From the human T2T-CHM13v2.0 reference genome, Homo sapiens, in NCBI RefSeq assembly GCF_009914755.1, contig NC_060934.1: 64,000 nt of DNA; one strand, written 5' to 3'. Every line of letters begins with the position of its first letter. The stretch's first letter is position 1. Below, piece by piece: positions 27,201 through 43,794 of this stretch. Position numbers and translations under genes: made by a program. Under the pieces are notes generated by a model. The model worked only from the letters and a program-made list of their open reading frames with translations. It did no database searches and was not told where the DNA came from.

Positions 27201-27579
27201 GGGCCATCCTTGATAATATTTTCTGTGTTCTCTAATTTCATCTCTGCCAAAAGCCATTAAGGTGTATCAGCAGCCATAAAAGGCTGACTCCCAGGGAGGA
27301 AATTGTAAGAAACATTTCTGGGGTTAAAGTTAGCCTCACACCAAATAGTCCTATGAGGAAAAAATACAGCTGACAGATTTATAGGATTTCTCTTACAAAA
27401 GAGACCTTGCTGGACCACAGGTAGCAATATAATCTGCTGAATTCTCACACTGCAGGGCCTTGTTTATACAAGAGTAATAGGTTTTATAAACTTAATCTCA
27501 TTATATCCATTGAGGTAATTCACTAGGGCAATTCAATATGTGAAGGAAACCTGCAGTGAACATTCTGAAAACTTAAAGA

Positions 27580-27850
27580 CGTGTTTTGTTTTCTTTATTT
27601 TTTAGACAGCTTTGATACACAATTCACACACTGTACAATTTGCCCTTTTAATATAATGCCATGGTTTTTAGCATATTTACACAATGGAGCATCCATCACT
27701 ACAATCAATTTTGGAATATTTTCATCGTCCCTCCAAAAAACACTGCACTTCTTGGCCTTCAACCAAATCTCCCCATTTACCCCAGCTCTCCTCAGTAATA
27801 TATTTCTGAGTTGATAGATTTGTCTATCCTGGACATTTCATGCTGCAGCA
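27580..27850 (-). mobile_element. L1M 3' end fragment
   Basis: 'acagctttgatacacaattcacacactgtacaatttgccctttt...ccatcactacaatcaattttggaatattttcatc'. Confidence 0.65.
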
Positions 27851-28110
27851 GGTTAGTCCTGACTTTTTATCATAATGGTCATGAGGTTCCATGAAACCGA
27901 GAGAATAGAAGCATGAAAGGTCTCTTGAGGCCTGGGTTCAGAACTTCTAATGCATTCTATTGGCCAAAGTGAGTTAAAGATCAGCCCAGATTCAAGGGGT
28001 GGAGGAATATATTCCACCAGTTGATGATGAATGGAGAAGCCATAAAGTCCCATGTCAAAGAGTTACGGAGAAGTTTGGGATTCGAGCCGCCATTAAAAAA
28101 TAGATCTACC
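27850..28110 (-). mobile_element. MLT1 (MaLR) LTR fragment
   Basis: 'aaggtctcttgaggcctgggttcagaac...cattctattggccaaag...cagcccagattcaaggggtgg'. Confidence 0.6.
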
Positions 28111-28259
28111 ATTGTGATAGTATATTTTATCAAAATTCTGCATGTGTTATCATCATTCTTAGTTAAAAACATAAGAAGATATATTACTAAATAGTCTGGC
28201 ACTGCATACTAGTCTTTATAAAATGACAAGGCAATATCTGTGGCATCTAAACCAAACAC

Positions 28260-29460
28260 CTATATACTGATAAAATTTTCTCTCTACCTTCCCAGCAAAG
28301 CATTCTCTCCAAAGGTACCTCTCAATGTATCCTGGGTCTCATGGACAACAAAATTAAACTCATTATTTCCTTCAGAAACTTATCTTTTTCCTCCTGTATT
28401 TTATATTTAAATGAATAATACAATCAATTATCCAGTTACCTAATTGTGATACCAAGGAAGTATTTAAGATTCCTATTCCCGGCTGGCTTAACGCACATTG
28501 TTCAACAAGTCCTACATCTCTACCTTCAAATGGCTGTTAATTCTTGCTTCATCTCTGCATTCAACCGCCACTGCATTATTCCAGGATCTCTTTATTTTCA
28601 ACCTGAATTATACAACTTTTGGACTTGTTTCTCTGTTCCTGTTCTCATCTGTCTTTAATCCAAATATCCACAGTTGTGCTGGTGTAAATTTACTATATTA
28701 TGGCATCTCTCCAGCTAAATGTCATCCAATGATCTTCAACTATTTCCCACTTAAAAATCCAGGCTTCTTACTACAGCATTCAAGGTCTTCTCTGATCTGA
28801 CCCCTTCTTGCCCCTCCATTGTACTTTCATTTTCTTACTTTGCTGTGTTCTTGCTCAGCTCACATCATACACATCTCATCATACACTTCTATTTGCCTCA
28901 ATGTTCTTCCCTCTAGTGTCATAGGGGAGGGAGGACCCATGGTATTTAAGAGCAAGTACATTAGAGTTAGATACTCTGATTCTGACTCTAAGAATGTTGA
29001 GTTCCCACTTAATGATGCTGAGCTACCCTTTTCTTATTAGTATAATAAAATGGAAATAGTAATGACATCTACCTCATAGGGTTGTTTAGGGTATTAAATG
29101 TAATAGTGCATGCAAATAATTTAGCACAGTTACTTGCACAAATAAGCATTCCATAATGTTAAACGTCAATATTAATATTTCTATCACCTCATTTTTTTGC
29201 TTCTGAAGACCCTTTTCATGTTTCAAGACTTAAAGCTTACATCTTTGAGCACCCATTTTGGAATGGAATTCTACTATCCCATTCTCATTCTTCCAGTGAG
29301 TTCCCATCAAATCCTAGGCATAACTTCACTACAGCATTTGATACATAATATGGATTTCTCCTCTCTTTTTGTATGCCTGTATCCCCTCCAAAACCTATAA
29401 GCCACCTAAGAGCAGGGATTGTGCTTCATTCAGCTTTGACTGCCTTGTGTCAGTAAATGC
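28260..29460 (+). mobile_element. L2 remnant with a nested MIR (about 28930-29170)
   Basis: L2 3' motifs flank the MIR sequence 'aaaatggaaatagtaatgacatctacctcatagggttgtttagggtattaaatg'. Confidence 0.6.
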
Positions 29461-30011
29461 AAGATTCCCTTGTGAAGTTATGGAAAATCCAGGCCCAGCT
29501 TTAGCAGAAATGAGTATATGCAGTCATAGATGGAGACGTGGCTAGGGAATTAGAATTTCTTGGCTCAGTGGACTTTATTTACTCAATCAACTTCCAGGTC
29601 ATATCCTGACAGCTGAGTATTGACCAACAGAAGAGCTTGTAACTCAGGCATCCTTCAGGAACCTTGGATCAAAACAATTGTGATCCTGCCAAGCCTTGGC
29701 TCAAGGCAAGGACAATTGCCTTTGATTCTAAACCATTTAGGGAATTCCAAAACTAGTGTTAGTCAAGGACTCCTATATAGGTTTATTTATTATGAAAAAT
29801 ATCAAGACTGAGAAACTAACATTTTGGGAAATTACTATTATCAACATCTGATAGAAACAGGATGACCACATTTTGTTGAATGTAAATTTCCAAGAGCAAA
29901 AAACATGGGAATGAGGCCGATTTCCCATCTTAAGCACGCAGGATTTCAAATCAATTTCTTATTAACTTGATAACATTGCTTTTTCTAGAAAGGTCACTAT
30001 TTTTTGTGTTA

Positions 30012-30319
<308 letters not shown>

Positions 30320-31559
30320 AATATGCTCTTTAACCTTCAGGTAGTATCTGCAATTTGTAGAGAAGATTGTTTTCCCTTATCTTTTATTTCTTATTCTAGT
30401 CTCTGGAACTTGCTTATCAATCAGAAATGCATTTGAGGGATTGAATTTAAGCAATACATTTAACATACATACCTCTTAGCAGGGTTTTTCAGTATAAGTC
30501 TCATTTTCATAGATTCTTGCTCTTGATTCCAAATTATTTTTGTGACTCTTTTCCTGATTGTCTGGGTTATCTGGCAATTATTTGTAGACTCAGGAGCTTG
30601 AGAGAAGTCTGGAATTTCTGCCTGCCAATTTGTAGTTTGACTTTCAAAACCCAGCTCTTTGCTTTTGTTCTTATTTATCTTTCTTAAATAAAAAAAATAA
30701 AAAAAAAGGGCCAACCCATTTTTTCTATTTGTCTTTATTCCAGAGAACATGGTTTATATAAACTATTTAACTATTGCAAAAAACACTTCTGATCCTTTCG
30801 TTTCCTATAAAGGGAGTAATATTTCACCATCTCCATGATATGTTTGTATCCTATACAGGAAGAACAATGAGACATGGAGTGAAAAAATTTCCAGTAGCTC
30901 TACTCCTTTATCACTGGACAGACAAATAGCTCACTGCATGTGGGTTCCCATATACTATTTTATTATGAAAGATAAAACATTTAGAAAGAGAAGACCTCTT
31001 ATAATATAATTCCATTAAGCTCTCCTCACCTCATATTTTTATGTTTTATGTTTATTTGATATCATTTTATGTAATTATTTGCTGTAGTGCTCTGATTTAT
31101 ACTTAACAAGGTAATTGTATTACAAAATAAATGAGGCTTGAATTGATTTGCAGTAAATGTATATAAAAGTTATATTCTTGGTTGAAGTTCAAATACTGTG
31201 GGAGGAGTAAGAATGCAGAAACACATGCCCATGTACAACTGGCCTCCACCACACACATTATACACCAGGTTTTCCTTAACTGGGACCATAGAGGACTAAA
31301 GCCATACTGACACATACATTATGTCTCCATACTGTATATAAACATAACATCTAAGTATTTATGAATATTCTCTTCCCTCTTTCAAAACAAATACACCACA
31401 TTAATCCCTCTTTCTTGTCCTTGAGCTAGAACTTATATATTTCTCCCAAATTTTATACAAAATATAGCCAAATGTGACATTAAGCTTTTCTCCAAAGCCA
31501 TGTATATTTTTAAAAATTATACGATTATCTGTTAATTATCTACATTTATTTACTCTGTG

Positions 31560-32390
31560 TCATAATGTCAGGACTGAATTAGGCAAAATATATTTTTCCC
31601 CCATCCAAAGGCTTCCTTTTAGAATCTGCCAATAAAAGGCAGGCTCCTGAGGAAGAGGGACAAAAAGGGATGTGTCTCCTTTTGTAACTGTTACATCTGT
31701 TAGCGTCACCCAACGAAGGAATTTAATGCAGTAGCAACACCTGATTCCTGCCTTCAACTTCTTTCAGCACTCTTAAAACCAGCTTAGGAGCCCCTCAGAA
31801 GCACTAGCAGTAAGTAGGCTGAGCAGCATTTCTTGGAAATCCAAACCCAGATCCACAAGATCCCTTTGAGGATCTCCTGAATATCAGCAACAGACAAGCA
31901 ATACTTACTCCAGAGAAGTCTCATCCCCAGTTCTGCAAGGTCCTTTCTCTAAGTTCTTGAGGTACCAGCAGTAACTAGGAGCCAACCTGTCTTCACTGAT
32001 CTTAGTTCCGCCTGTACATGACCCCTACTATGAAATTCAAGATTTTGATAACTCTGTCTTTATCCATTTGTTCTCCTAGCCTTATGGGTATTAGTTATTT
32101 CCTGCAGTTACTACTTCTATGTTACCATGCTGTTCCATTTTTGCTCTTTCATCATTCTACATCTTGGTTAACAATACTCTATGTAAAACGTTCACTGTTG
32201 AATTACAGAATGTAATATCTGTTTTTCTTATTAGACTCTGATGTATACTGTACCAGTAGTGGCCCTAGAAAGCAGATATTCAAAGTTTGAGATTCTGGAA
32301 TTGGTGTGGTTGTAACCTTGTCCTTGAACACAGAATTGGATTACTTACAAATGTAAAACTGGATATAAGTTATTTATAGTACATAGTTTT
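31560..32390 (+). mobile_element. Old ERVL 5' LTR plus start of the internal region (ERVL-E-like)
   Basis: LTR-like sequence ends near 32250. It is followed by 'taccagtagtggccctagaaagcagatattcaaagtttgagattctggaattgg', matching a recalled ERVL PBS/leader. Confidence 0.5.
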
Positions 32391-34611
32391 TGTTTTTGTT
32401 TTTGTTTTTACAATTCATTTAATTATCCACCTGTGTAACTCAGGAATTCCACGTGGGTTTAAATATTACCAAATTAATTGAGATGCTTAGGGATAGAAAG
32501 AGCACCATAATTATTATTACAATAAAAAAATAAGCCAGACAAATTGAAATTAATTTTATGAGTTTTTAAAAATTCATCAGCAATCTTGAGTTTTCAGGGC
32601 AAGCGCCTAGCCCAAAATTGAAGAAAGGTAGGCATCTTTAGGCAGAGATGGTGTATGAATACTGGACTACTTGTGACAGGCACAACTGGACACCAATCAC
32701 AGTACCCAGAAAGGGTCCTTGGTTAAATTGGCGGAAGCTGATCATGTGCTGTTGAACATGTGAGGCCCCTAAAACTCACACAAACTGGAGAAGTCTATGC
32801 CCTTTTCAAGGATTCTTCTCCATGAACCCTGCTGAGTGCTCACAGACAAGATTGGAAAAAAGTAACTAAATGTTCTTTGTGGTACAGAGCTGAGAGGAGA
32901 GGGGAACAGGAGTTTATGCAGAGAAGGATGCTCCTCTATCTCTGCTCAGGAAAAAAAGCCTCAACCTATGCTGGGAAGGACAGAAAACATGGATGCCCTT
33001 AGGGCACAGGTGAGGATTCATTGCAACTGAGGAAAGCAAACAGATAGAAAAGTCCCTATCTTGGAAGGTAGGCAGGAATGTGTGCTGGGTTCAGAACTAC
33101 AGCCAGGGTAAGAGCAGGATCACTGTGTAGGGGACACCCCGAAGACCCAAGACATGGTGCTGGCAAAGAGAAGGCATGAAACTGAGAATGGATGAGCATT
33201 CAGAGAAAACAAAAACGAAGCCAAAAGCCTCTGGGAAGCAGCCTCCTCTTTAAATAAAATGTACGGCTACAGGGATCTGAAGAGTGTGATATGCTGGCAG
33301 TAACCATCGCAATAGAAATCTCATTGGTCAAATTTCTAACTAGGTTAATTCAAGCCCCAGCACTAAAGGCCAAGCAGAAAGAAAATGTGCCCAGGCATAA
33401 AAGCTGTTTATCTCAGTCTTTACTATCCTTTACAAGATCTCTGGCTTTCAAAAACAAACCACATTAAGAAATGTGAAAAAGCAAGAAAAGGCCAATACTA
33501 CCAAGAGATAAAACCAGTCATCAGGATGAGACTAAGATATGACACCGAATTTAGTATTATCTAATAGATGATTTAGAATAACTATGTTTAATATGATAAA
33601 GTTTTTAATGGAAAAGTTGAATAATTACAAGATCAAAGTAGGTAGTTTCAACAGGGAGATGGGAACTGTAAGACACAATCAAATGGAAAAGCTAGAAATG
33701 ATAAGCACAATAAAAGAAATTAACAGTGACTTCAGCAGGCTTATCAGAGAAGGAAAGAATCAAAGGAACCTGAAGATGTTTCAATAGACATTTTCAAGCA
33801 AACAAAACAGAAGATAGAAAAAGAGAACAACAACAAAAAAAACATTAAGACATGTATAGAACAATGCATGTAAGGGTAATTAGAATCATAGAAGAAGAGA
33901 TATAAATTAGGCTAAAGGGACATTTGAAGAAATAATACCTGCGAACTTTCCAAACCTAATGACAGTCATCAGACAACAGATCTAAGAACCTCAGAGAACA
34001 GAGGCAGAATAAATCCCAAGACCACTACATTTAGCTATATCATGTTCAAACTACTGGAAATAAGAGTCAAATGGAAAATCTTGAATGCAGACAGCAAAAG
34101 GGAAACAAGATATCCCATACAGAGTAACAAGTATAAGAATTATTGAGGAAGTAGTCAGCCATTCTTGTGTAAAACCAATCAATGTAGATGGAAATACAAT
34201 GACATCTTTAAAATGATAAATTGAAAAACAATCCAGACAACAACACATTCAACCTAGAATTCTATGCCTAGAGAAAATGTGTTTAAGTAATGGAGAAACA
34301 AAGACTTTCTCATACAAACAACTACTGAGGGAATTCATTGTCACCCCAATTCTACATTGAATGTTAAAAAGGAGGTTTTTAGAAACAAGGAATACGATAT
34401 CAAACAGAAACTTACATCTACACCACGAAAAGGAAGGGCACTGAAATTGGAACAAATGAAGATAACTGAAAATTACTTTTCTCCTTTCCATTGCTTTAAA
34501 AGATAAGTGACCGTTTAAGGCACAAATAGTTGATAGCATATGCAAAACTAAAATATCTGACAACAATAGCACAAATGATGCCAAGATAAATTAGAAGAAA
34601 TACAGTTATAT

Positions 34612-34701
34612 ATCTACAGCCATACCACCCTGAATGCAGCTGATCTTGTCTGGTCTCGGAAGCTAAGCAAGGTTGGGCCTGCTTGGTACTTGGGTGGGAG
34701 A
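34612..34701 (+). pseudogene. 5S rRNA retropseudogene, 3'-truncated (nt 1-90), tailless
   Basis: 'atctacagccataccaccctgaatgcagctgatcttgtctggtctcggaagctaagcaaggttgggcctgcttggtacttgggtgggaga' aligns without gaps to human 5S rRNA nt 1-90. It shows CpG-decay changes and lacks the last about 30 nt. Confidence 0.92.
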
Positions 34702-34989
34702 AAATATAATGTTGTATGATCCTTAAACGACACATGAAGTCGTATACTTGAAAATTGAATAAATTAAATATGTAAGATGTATTCAACTCTAGGACAACCT
34801 CTAAAAACAATTTTTTAAAAATCATTATTTAGAAAATTACCAATTACAACATAACAGAAAATGAAAGTATTATAATCCAGCAAAATATTTGAAAGATCTG
34901 GATGCTGAAAAAAACAAAGCTTTGAGAAAAGAAAGCAAGATGACCTTAATAAATAGTGAACTATATAATGTTCTAATGACAACTAAATG

Positions 34990-35390
34990 GTCAGAATTCA
35001 ACTCTTTGTCATTGTGGGACTGAGGTCTCTGTTTTCTTGCTGTCAAGCCAGGATTTTCTCTTAACTCCTTACAGCCACCTGAATTCCTCATCATATTACC
35101 CCCTCCATCTTTATAAATCATGGTGTCAAGTCTTGTTCATGCTTCAATTCTATCTGATTTTACTTCTGTCACATCTATTCTGCCTCCAGCCAGAGAAAAT
35201 TATCTGCTTTTGTGGGCTGGTGTGATTATTTTAGGCCCGTGAGGGTAATCCAGGATATTCTCCCCATCTTAAATTCTTAACTTTAATTATATCTGCAAAA
35301 TCCCTTTTGCCATGAAATATAACATTTCACTGGTTCTGAGAATTAGGATGTGAATATATTGGGGAGGGGAACATTATTCTTCTTACCACA
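34990..35390 (-). mobile_element. MLT1 (MLT1D/E-like) LTR
   Basis: 'gtaatccaggatattctccccatcttaaattcttaactttaattatatctgcaaaatcccttttgccatg...ttattcttcttaccaca'. Confidence 0.75.
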
Positions 35391-35548
35391 AAAGGAATCA
35401 ATAAAAAGAGTGAAATAATAGTGTTAGAAATCACACACGTGCACACACTTATACACACACACACACTATGAATGTTTTCAAAGGACTTTTCAATAATATC
35501 ACAACAAAAAGTCAACAAATTTGAGAATAGGTAGGTCAATATCAATTA

Positions 35549-35897
<349 letters not shown>

Positions 35898-36588
35898 TTA
35901 AGAAAATACTGAACAGAACATTTAAGAATTGTGGGAAAACAGCTTTTCTCTAACATACATGTAATTGGAGTCCCAGGTAGAGGAGAGGAAGATGGTTGTT
36001 TCAGAAGTGTTTAATGTGATAATGGCCAAGAATTTTTCAAAATTAATAGACAAGAAACCACAGATCCACAAAGTTCAAAATTCCAATTAAGAACTTGGAA
36101 AGGCAAAAACAAGAACCAAACCCACGACCAAAAAAACCGAGGCCAGACTAAACCAAACCAAACACACACACATAGACACACACAGGCATTATCATAGTCA
36201 AACTCCTGAGGCATAAAAATACAAGAAAAATCTTGAATGTAGCCAGGGCAGGGGGAATATATAAAGTACAGAAGAAGACTATGTCTGGGTAACCACAGAT
36301 CTCTTTTCAGAACATAGCAACTTAGAAAACAATGAAGTAAGGAACACCTCTAAATTTTAAAGTAGAAAGCAGAGAAACACCGAAAGAACAAAAAATTACC
36401 TGGTCAGATTTCTATAACCACAAAAAATATGTTTCAAAAATAAATTAAAAAAATGGTTTTCAAACAAACCTGAGAGAATCAATTGCTTGCAGAACTGAAC
36501 AATAAATATTAAAGAAATGTATTCAACTGCATAATCATTTCAATACTTGCACAAGCACATTTGAAAAATTCTGTTACAAAAAACTTTC

Positions 36589-37361
36589 GGGGGAGGAGCC
36601 AAGATGGCCAAATAGAACAGCTCCAGTATACAGCTCCCAGTATGAGCGACGAAGAAGACGGCAGAAGACGGGTGATTTCTGCATTTCCATCTGAGGTACC
36701 GGGTTCATCTCACTAGGGAGTGCCAGACAGTGGGCGCAGGTCAGTGGATGCGTGCACCATGCGCGAGCCAAAGCAGGGCGAGGCATTGCCTCACTTGGGA
36801 GGTGCAAGGGGTCAGGGAGTTCCCTTTCCAAGTCAAAGAAAGGGGTGACGGATGCACCTGGATAATCGGGTCACTCCCACCCGAATATTGCGCTTTTCGG
36901 ACAGGTTTAAAAAATGGCGCACCACGAGATTATATCCCGCACCTGGCTCAGAGGGTCCTACGCCCACGGAGTCTCGCTGATTGCTAGCACAGCAGTCTGA
37001 GATCAAACTGCAAGGCGGCAGCGAGGCTGGGGGAGGGGCGCCCGCCATTGCCCAGGTTTGCTTAGGTAAACAAAGCAGCCTGAAGCTCGAACTGGGTGGA
37101 GCCCACCACAGCTCAAGGAGGCCTGCCTGCCTCTGTAGGCTCCACCTCTGGGGGCAGGGCACAGACAAACAAAAAGACAGCAGTAACCTCTGCAGACTTA
37201 AATGTCCCTATCTGACAGCTTTGAAGAGAGCAGTGGTTCTCCCAGCATGCAGCTGGAGATCTGAGAACGGGCAGACTGCCTCCCTCAAGTGGGTCCCTGA
37301 CCCCTGACCCCCGAGCAGCCTAACTGGGAGGCACCACCCAGCAGGGGCACACTGACACCTC

Positions 37362-37364
<3 letters not shown>
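36589..37364 (+). promoter_or_regulatory. L1 5'UTR: internal sense promoter (YY1 site 36601-36609) and antisense promoter region
   Basis: The YY1 motif AAGATGGCC is at L1 nt 13-21. About 770 nt of 5'UTR is retained, including the roughly 400-600 region known to hold the antisense promoter. Partial CpG decay is visible. Confidence 0.75.
36833..37048 (-). CDS. ORF0: LINE-1 ORF0 (71 aa), open
   Basis: ATG at 37048 on the minus strand gives MAGAPPPASLPPCSLISDCCASNQRDSVGVGPSEPGAGYNLVVRHFLNLSEKRNIRVGVTRLSRCIRHPFL*, matching primate L1 ORF0 in sequence and length. Confidence 0.8.
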   Translation of the reverse strand: MAGAPPPASLPPCSLISDCCASNQRDSVGVGPSEPGAGYNLVVRHFLNLSEKRNIRVGVTRLSRCIRHPFL

Positions 37365-40790
<3,426 letters not shown>

Positions 40791-41081
40791 TCAGTAAACT
40801 ATCGCAAGAACAAAAAACCAAACACCGCATATTTTCACTCATAGGTAGGAATTGAACAATGAGATCACATGGACACAGGAAGGGGAATATCACACTCTTC
40901 AGACTGTGGTGGGGTGGGGGGAAGGGGGAGGGATAGCATTGGGAGATATACCTAATGCTAGATGACGAGTTAGTGGGTGCAGCGCACCAGCGTGGCACAT
41001 GTATACATATGTAACTAACCTGCACAATGTGCACATGTACCCTAAAACTTAAAGTATAATAAAAAAAAAAAAAAAACTTTC

Positions 41082-41720
41082 AGCAATTTGGAAGGGAATT
41101 TTCTTGATGTAATGAAGGAAATATCCATGATAAAGAGCATCTATGAAAAAGTTAAGCTAACATACTGAATAGAAAAATGTTGAATGCGTTCTGCCTAATA
41201 TTGAGAACAAGGCAGAAATGCTCCTTTTTCTTCTTTTATTTGATGTTACAGCAGAGGTTCCAGTCATTGAAATAAATAAATAAAAAGAATTAAAATAAAT
41301 AAAAATAAATTATTTTCATGAAGTCTTACAAAACTTGCAGAACAACTGTTAGAACTAGTAAGTGCATTTAGCAAGACTACAAAATATATTACTAATAATA
41401 TCTAAAAATCAATAGTATATTATAATCTATCTGCAAAAAATTAGGCAAGTGAAATATAACAGGTTTGAGTCAAAACCCACTCAATGTACCCTTTACATTA
41501 GTGTGTTTATGGTATATAGATCTTGCCTAAAAAGGAGGGAAAACACTTTACACAAATACTGAAGTCTAGTTAATAAATATTTAGAATGAAATATAATGAT
41601 GTATGCAATTTATGTAAGTATATTAAAATGAGATGGATAGAGTATGGACTCATGGACAGATACATGATAAAATACATATAGTAAAATGTTGTGGGAGAAT
41701 ATAGGTGGGTATACTAATGC
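41082..41720 (+). mobile_element. Continuation of the old L1M after the L1PA insertion
   Basis: 'gaagggaattttcttgatgtaatgaagg', 'gcatctatgaaaaa', 'gttagaactagtaagtgcatttagcaag' are ORF2 remnants. An L1M 3' end lies near 41560-41720. Confidence 0.6.
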
Positions 41721-41734
41721 TCACTGTAAACTTG

Positions 41735-42250
41735 ATGTGATGATGCAGGAGCTTTGGGGAATCAAGTGAATGATGTACTTTATCACTGGGGTTGTCATTA
41801 TAGCTGTAAGAGCTGTGGGAGCAGAATGACTATTTGTAACTACTGGAAAGCTCACAAAAAGATTACAAGCTCTGGGCCTTAAACCCCTTAAATAAATTAT
41901 GGTAAAAGAATTATGGTAAAAAATTATGGTAAAAGAATTAGAGTACATCAATGATGTACTCTAATTCTCTAACTCCTTATATCTGTAAGGATAACCTTAG
42001 TGATAATTACCCTACACAATATGATTGTTTGGGTTGCAGAATTACAACGTAAGTTGAATTCAAAGACATGCTGTGTCTATTATGTGATAGTCAAGGCATT
42101 GATAGAGATGGGATGGGGTTCTGAAACACCTCTAAATTTTCCCTCTGAAAATTGGAGGGAACAGTTAGATAGATTTAGTTGAGGCAAATAATTTCAAGAC
42201 TTTGAGTCTCTGCTTCTGTGCTGACTTCAGAAACATCCTGCCCTCCAATA
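41735..42250 (+). mobile_element. ERVL internal (gag-region) remnant, probable continuation of 31560-32390
   Basis: 'gggttgcagaattacaacgtaagttgaattcaaagacatgctgtgtctattatgtgatagtcaaggcattgatag' matches recalled ERVL gag sequence. Confidence 0.6.
41895..41940 (+). repeat. Short tandem repeat, about 3.4 copies of AATTATGGTAAAAG
   Basis: Units at 41895-41908, 41909-41921 (lacks the G) and 41922-41935, plus a partial unit. Confidence 0.9.
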
Positions 42251-42369
42251 TCAAAGAAGGGTAGTGTTTCAAGAGCCCCCAGCTACACTGGGGCTCCAGC
42301 ATTAGCACAGCTAGCAACTCTGCCCTAATGGAAGATGAATGGGAGATGGACAGGGTATTTGCAGTGTGC

Positions 42370-42990
42370 CTTTCACAAGATACTTCTTATACCTGGTGAA
42401 CATCCTAAGGCCTGGTTGTCCAAAATGTGAGCAGGGGTCCCAAACACAGGAAACTTGTTTATACTGGCAGACGTCCCTGTGACTCTTTCCTGACCTGTGT
42501 CCAGTTTATGCCTACCTGGCCTTCTCTCTGGAGCTGGGAATCCAACCTTGTGTTCTCCCTGATATGCCATGGAAACAATGGCCTGGGGTAGCTCATGGTT
42601 TTTCAGATGAAAGGAGCAAATTCAATACATCACCACAATAGGAAACAAGAGCAAGATTTTTACTTAGAGATTCTGGGCAGAGAGGGCACAATGAGTCAGG
42701 AGGACAGTTTTCCACCCCTGGGTCATGCAAGGCAGGAATGAAGAGTCAGGCAGAGAGAGACACTATGTACAGCAACTAGCAATATATATAACAGAATAGG
42801 ACATGGGTCACTTTAAGTTCACAAGCAAATGCCCAAATAGTCCCTTTTAAGGAAGTGGCCCCAGAAAACTCAGTGTGTTAGGTGGGAAAGATGCCTCTAA
42901 GCTCCACTTTGGCATAGGCTTAAGCCATTTAGGTGTGGTCTTCTACTTCTAATGCCTAGGCAGCAATCTTTCCTGCATTATTCTTGTTAC
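42370..42990 (-). mobile_element. ERVL LTR (MER54/MER73/MER74-group-like)
   Basis: 'ggaaacttgtttatactggcagacgtccctgtgactctttcctgacctgtgtccagtttatgcctacc'. Family assignment is tentative. Confidence 0.5.
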
Positions 42991-43116
42991 CCGTAGCCTG
43001 CCCTTTACTTACAAATCCTGTGGTACATTCACTTTGTTGAAATAACTAGTGCAGTTTTAATTTCTTAACTGCTCTCTAATACACCATTCTAATACATCTT
43101 TTTAAAAAATTCTTCA

Positions 43117-43444
<328 letters not shown>

Positions 43445-43794
43445 TCAAGATCTTTTAAAAATTGATATTAATAATCATTCTTTTTCTTTCATATTTTTGG
43501 GTGTTATTTATTCCTTACTTCCAGACTACATGGCAGGATTTTCAGATCATACTTTACTAAAAAGTCTAGTGTTAAAGAAAACCCCACAATATTTCTTAAA
43601 TTTAGAGACATTATTTTATATTACATAATACTGACAACATAATTTATACTTTTCTTTCCTCTTTTATATGCATTGTTTCTTACAGCAATAGTAGCTATTG
43701 AGGAAACCAACTGGTCAAATCAAACTCATTACTTTCTACCCACCCCAAACATATACTTCCTCTGTGTTTCCCACCAACACCATTCCAATCATGT

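Noticed and set aside
34612-34701. Functional 5S rRNA gene
   Set aside because: It is a single dispersed copy missing about 30 nt at the 3' end, with more than ten substitutions and no Pol III terminator.
37049-37168. 40-aa N-terminal extension of ORF0 (111-aa ORF in the track)
   Set aside because: It starts at TTG, not ATG. The frame appears open only because of a small indel near 37080, and there is no evidence it is used.
41895-41940. Short direct repeats as a CRISPR-like array (also 58480-58515)
   Set aside because: The units are head-to-tail with no unique spacers, there are no cas genes, and the context is eukaryotic.
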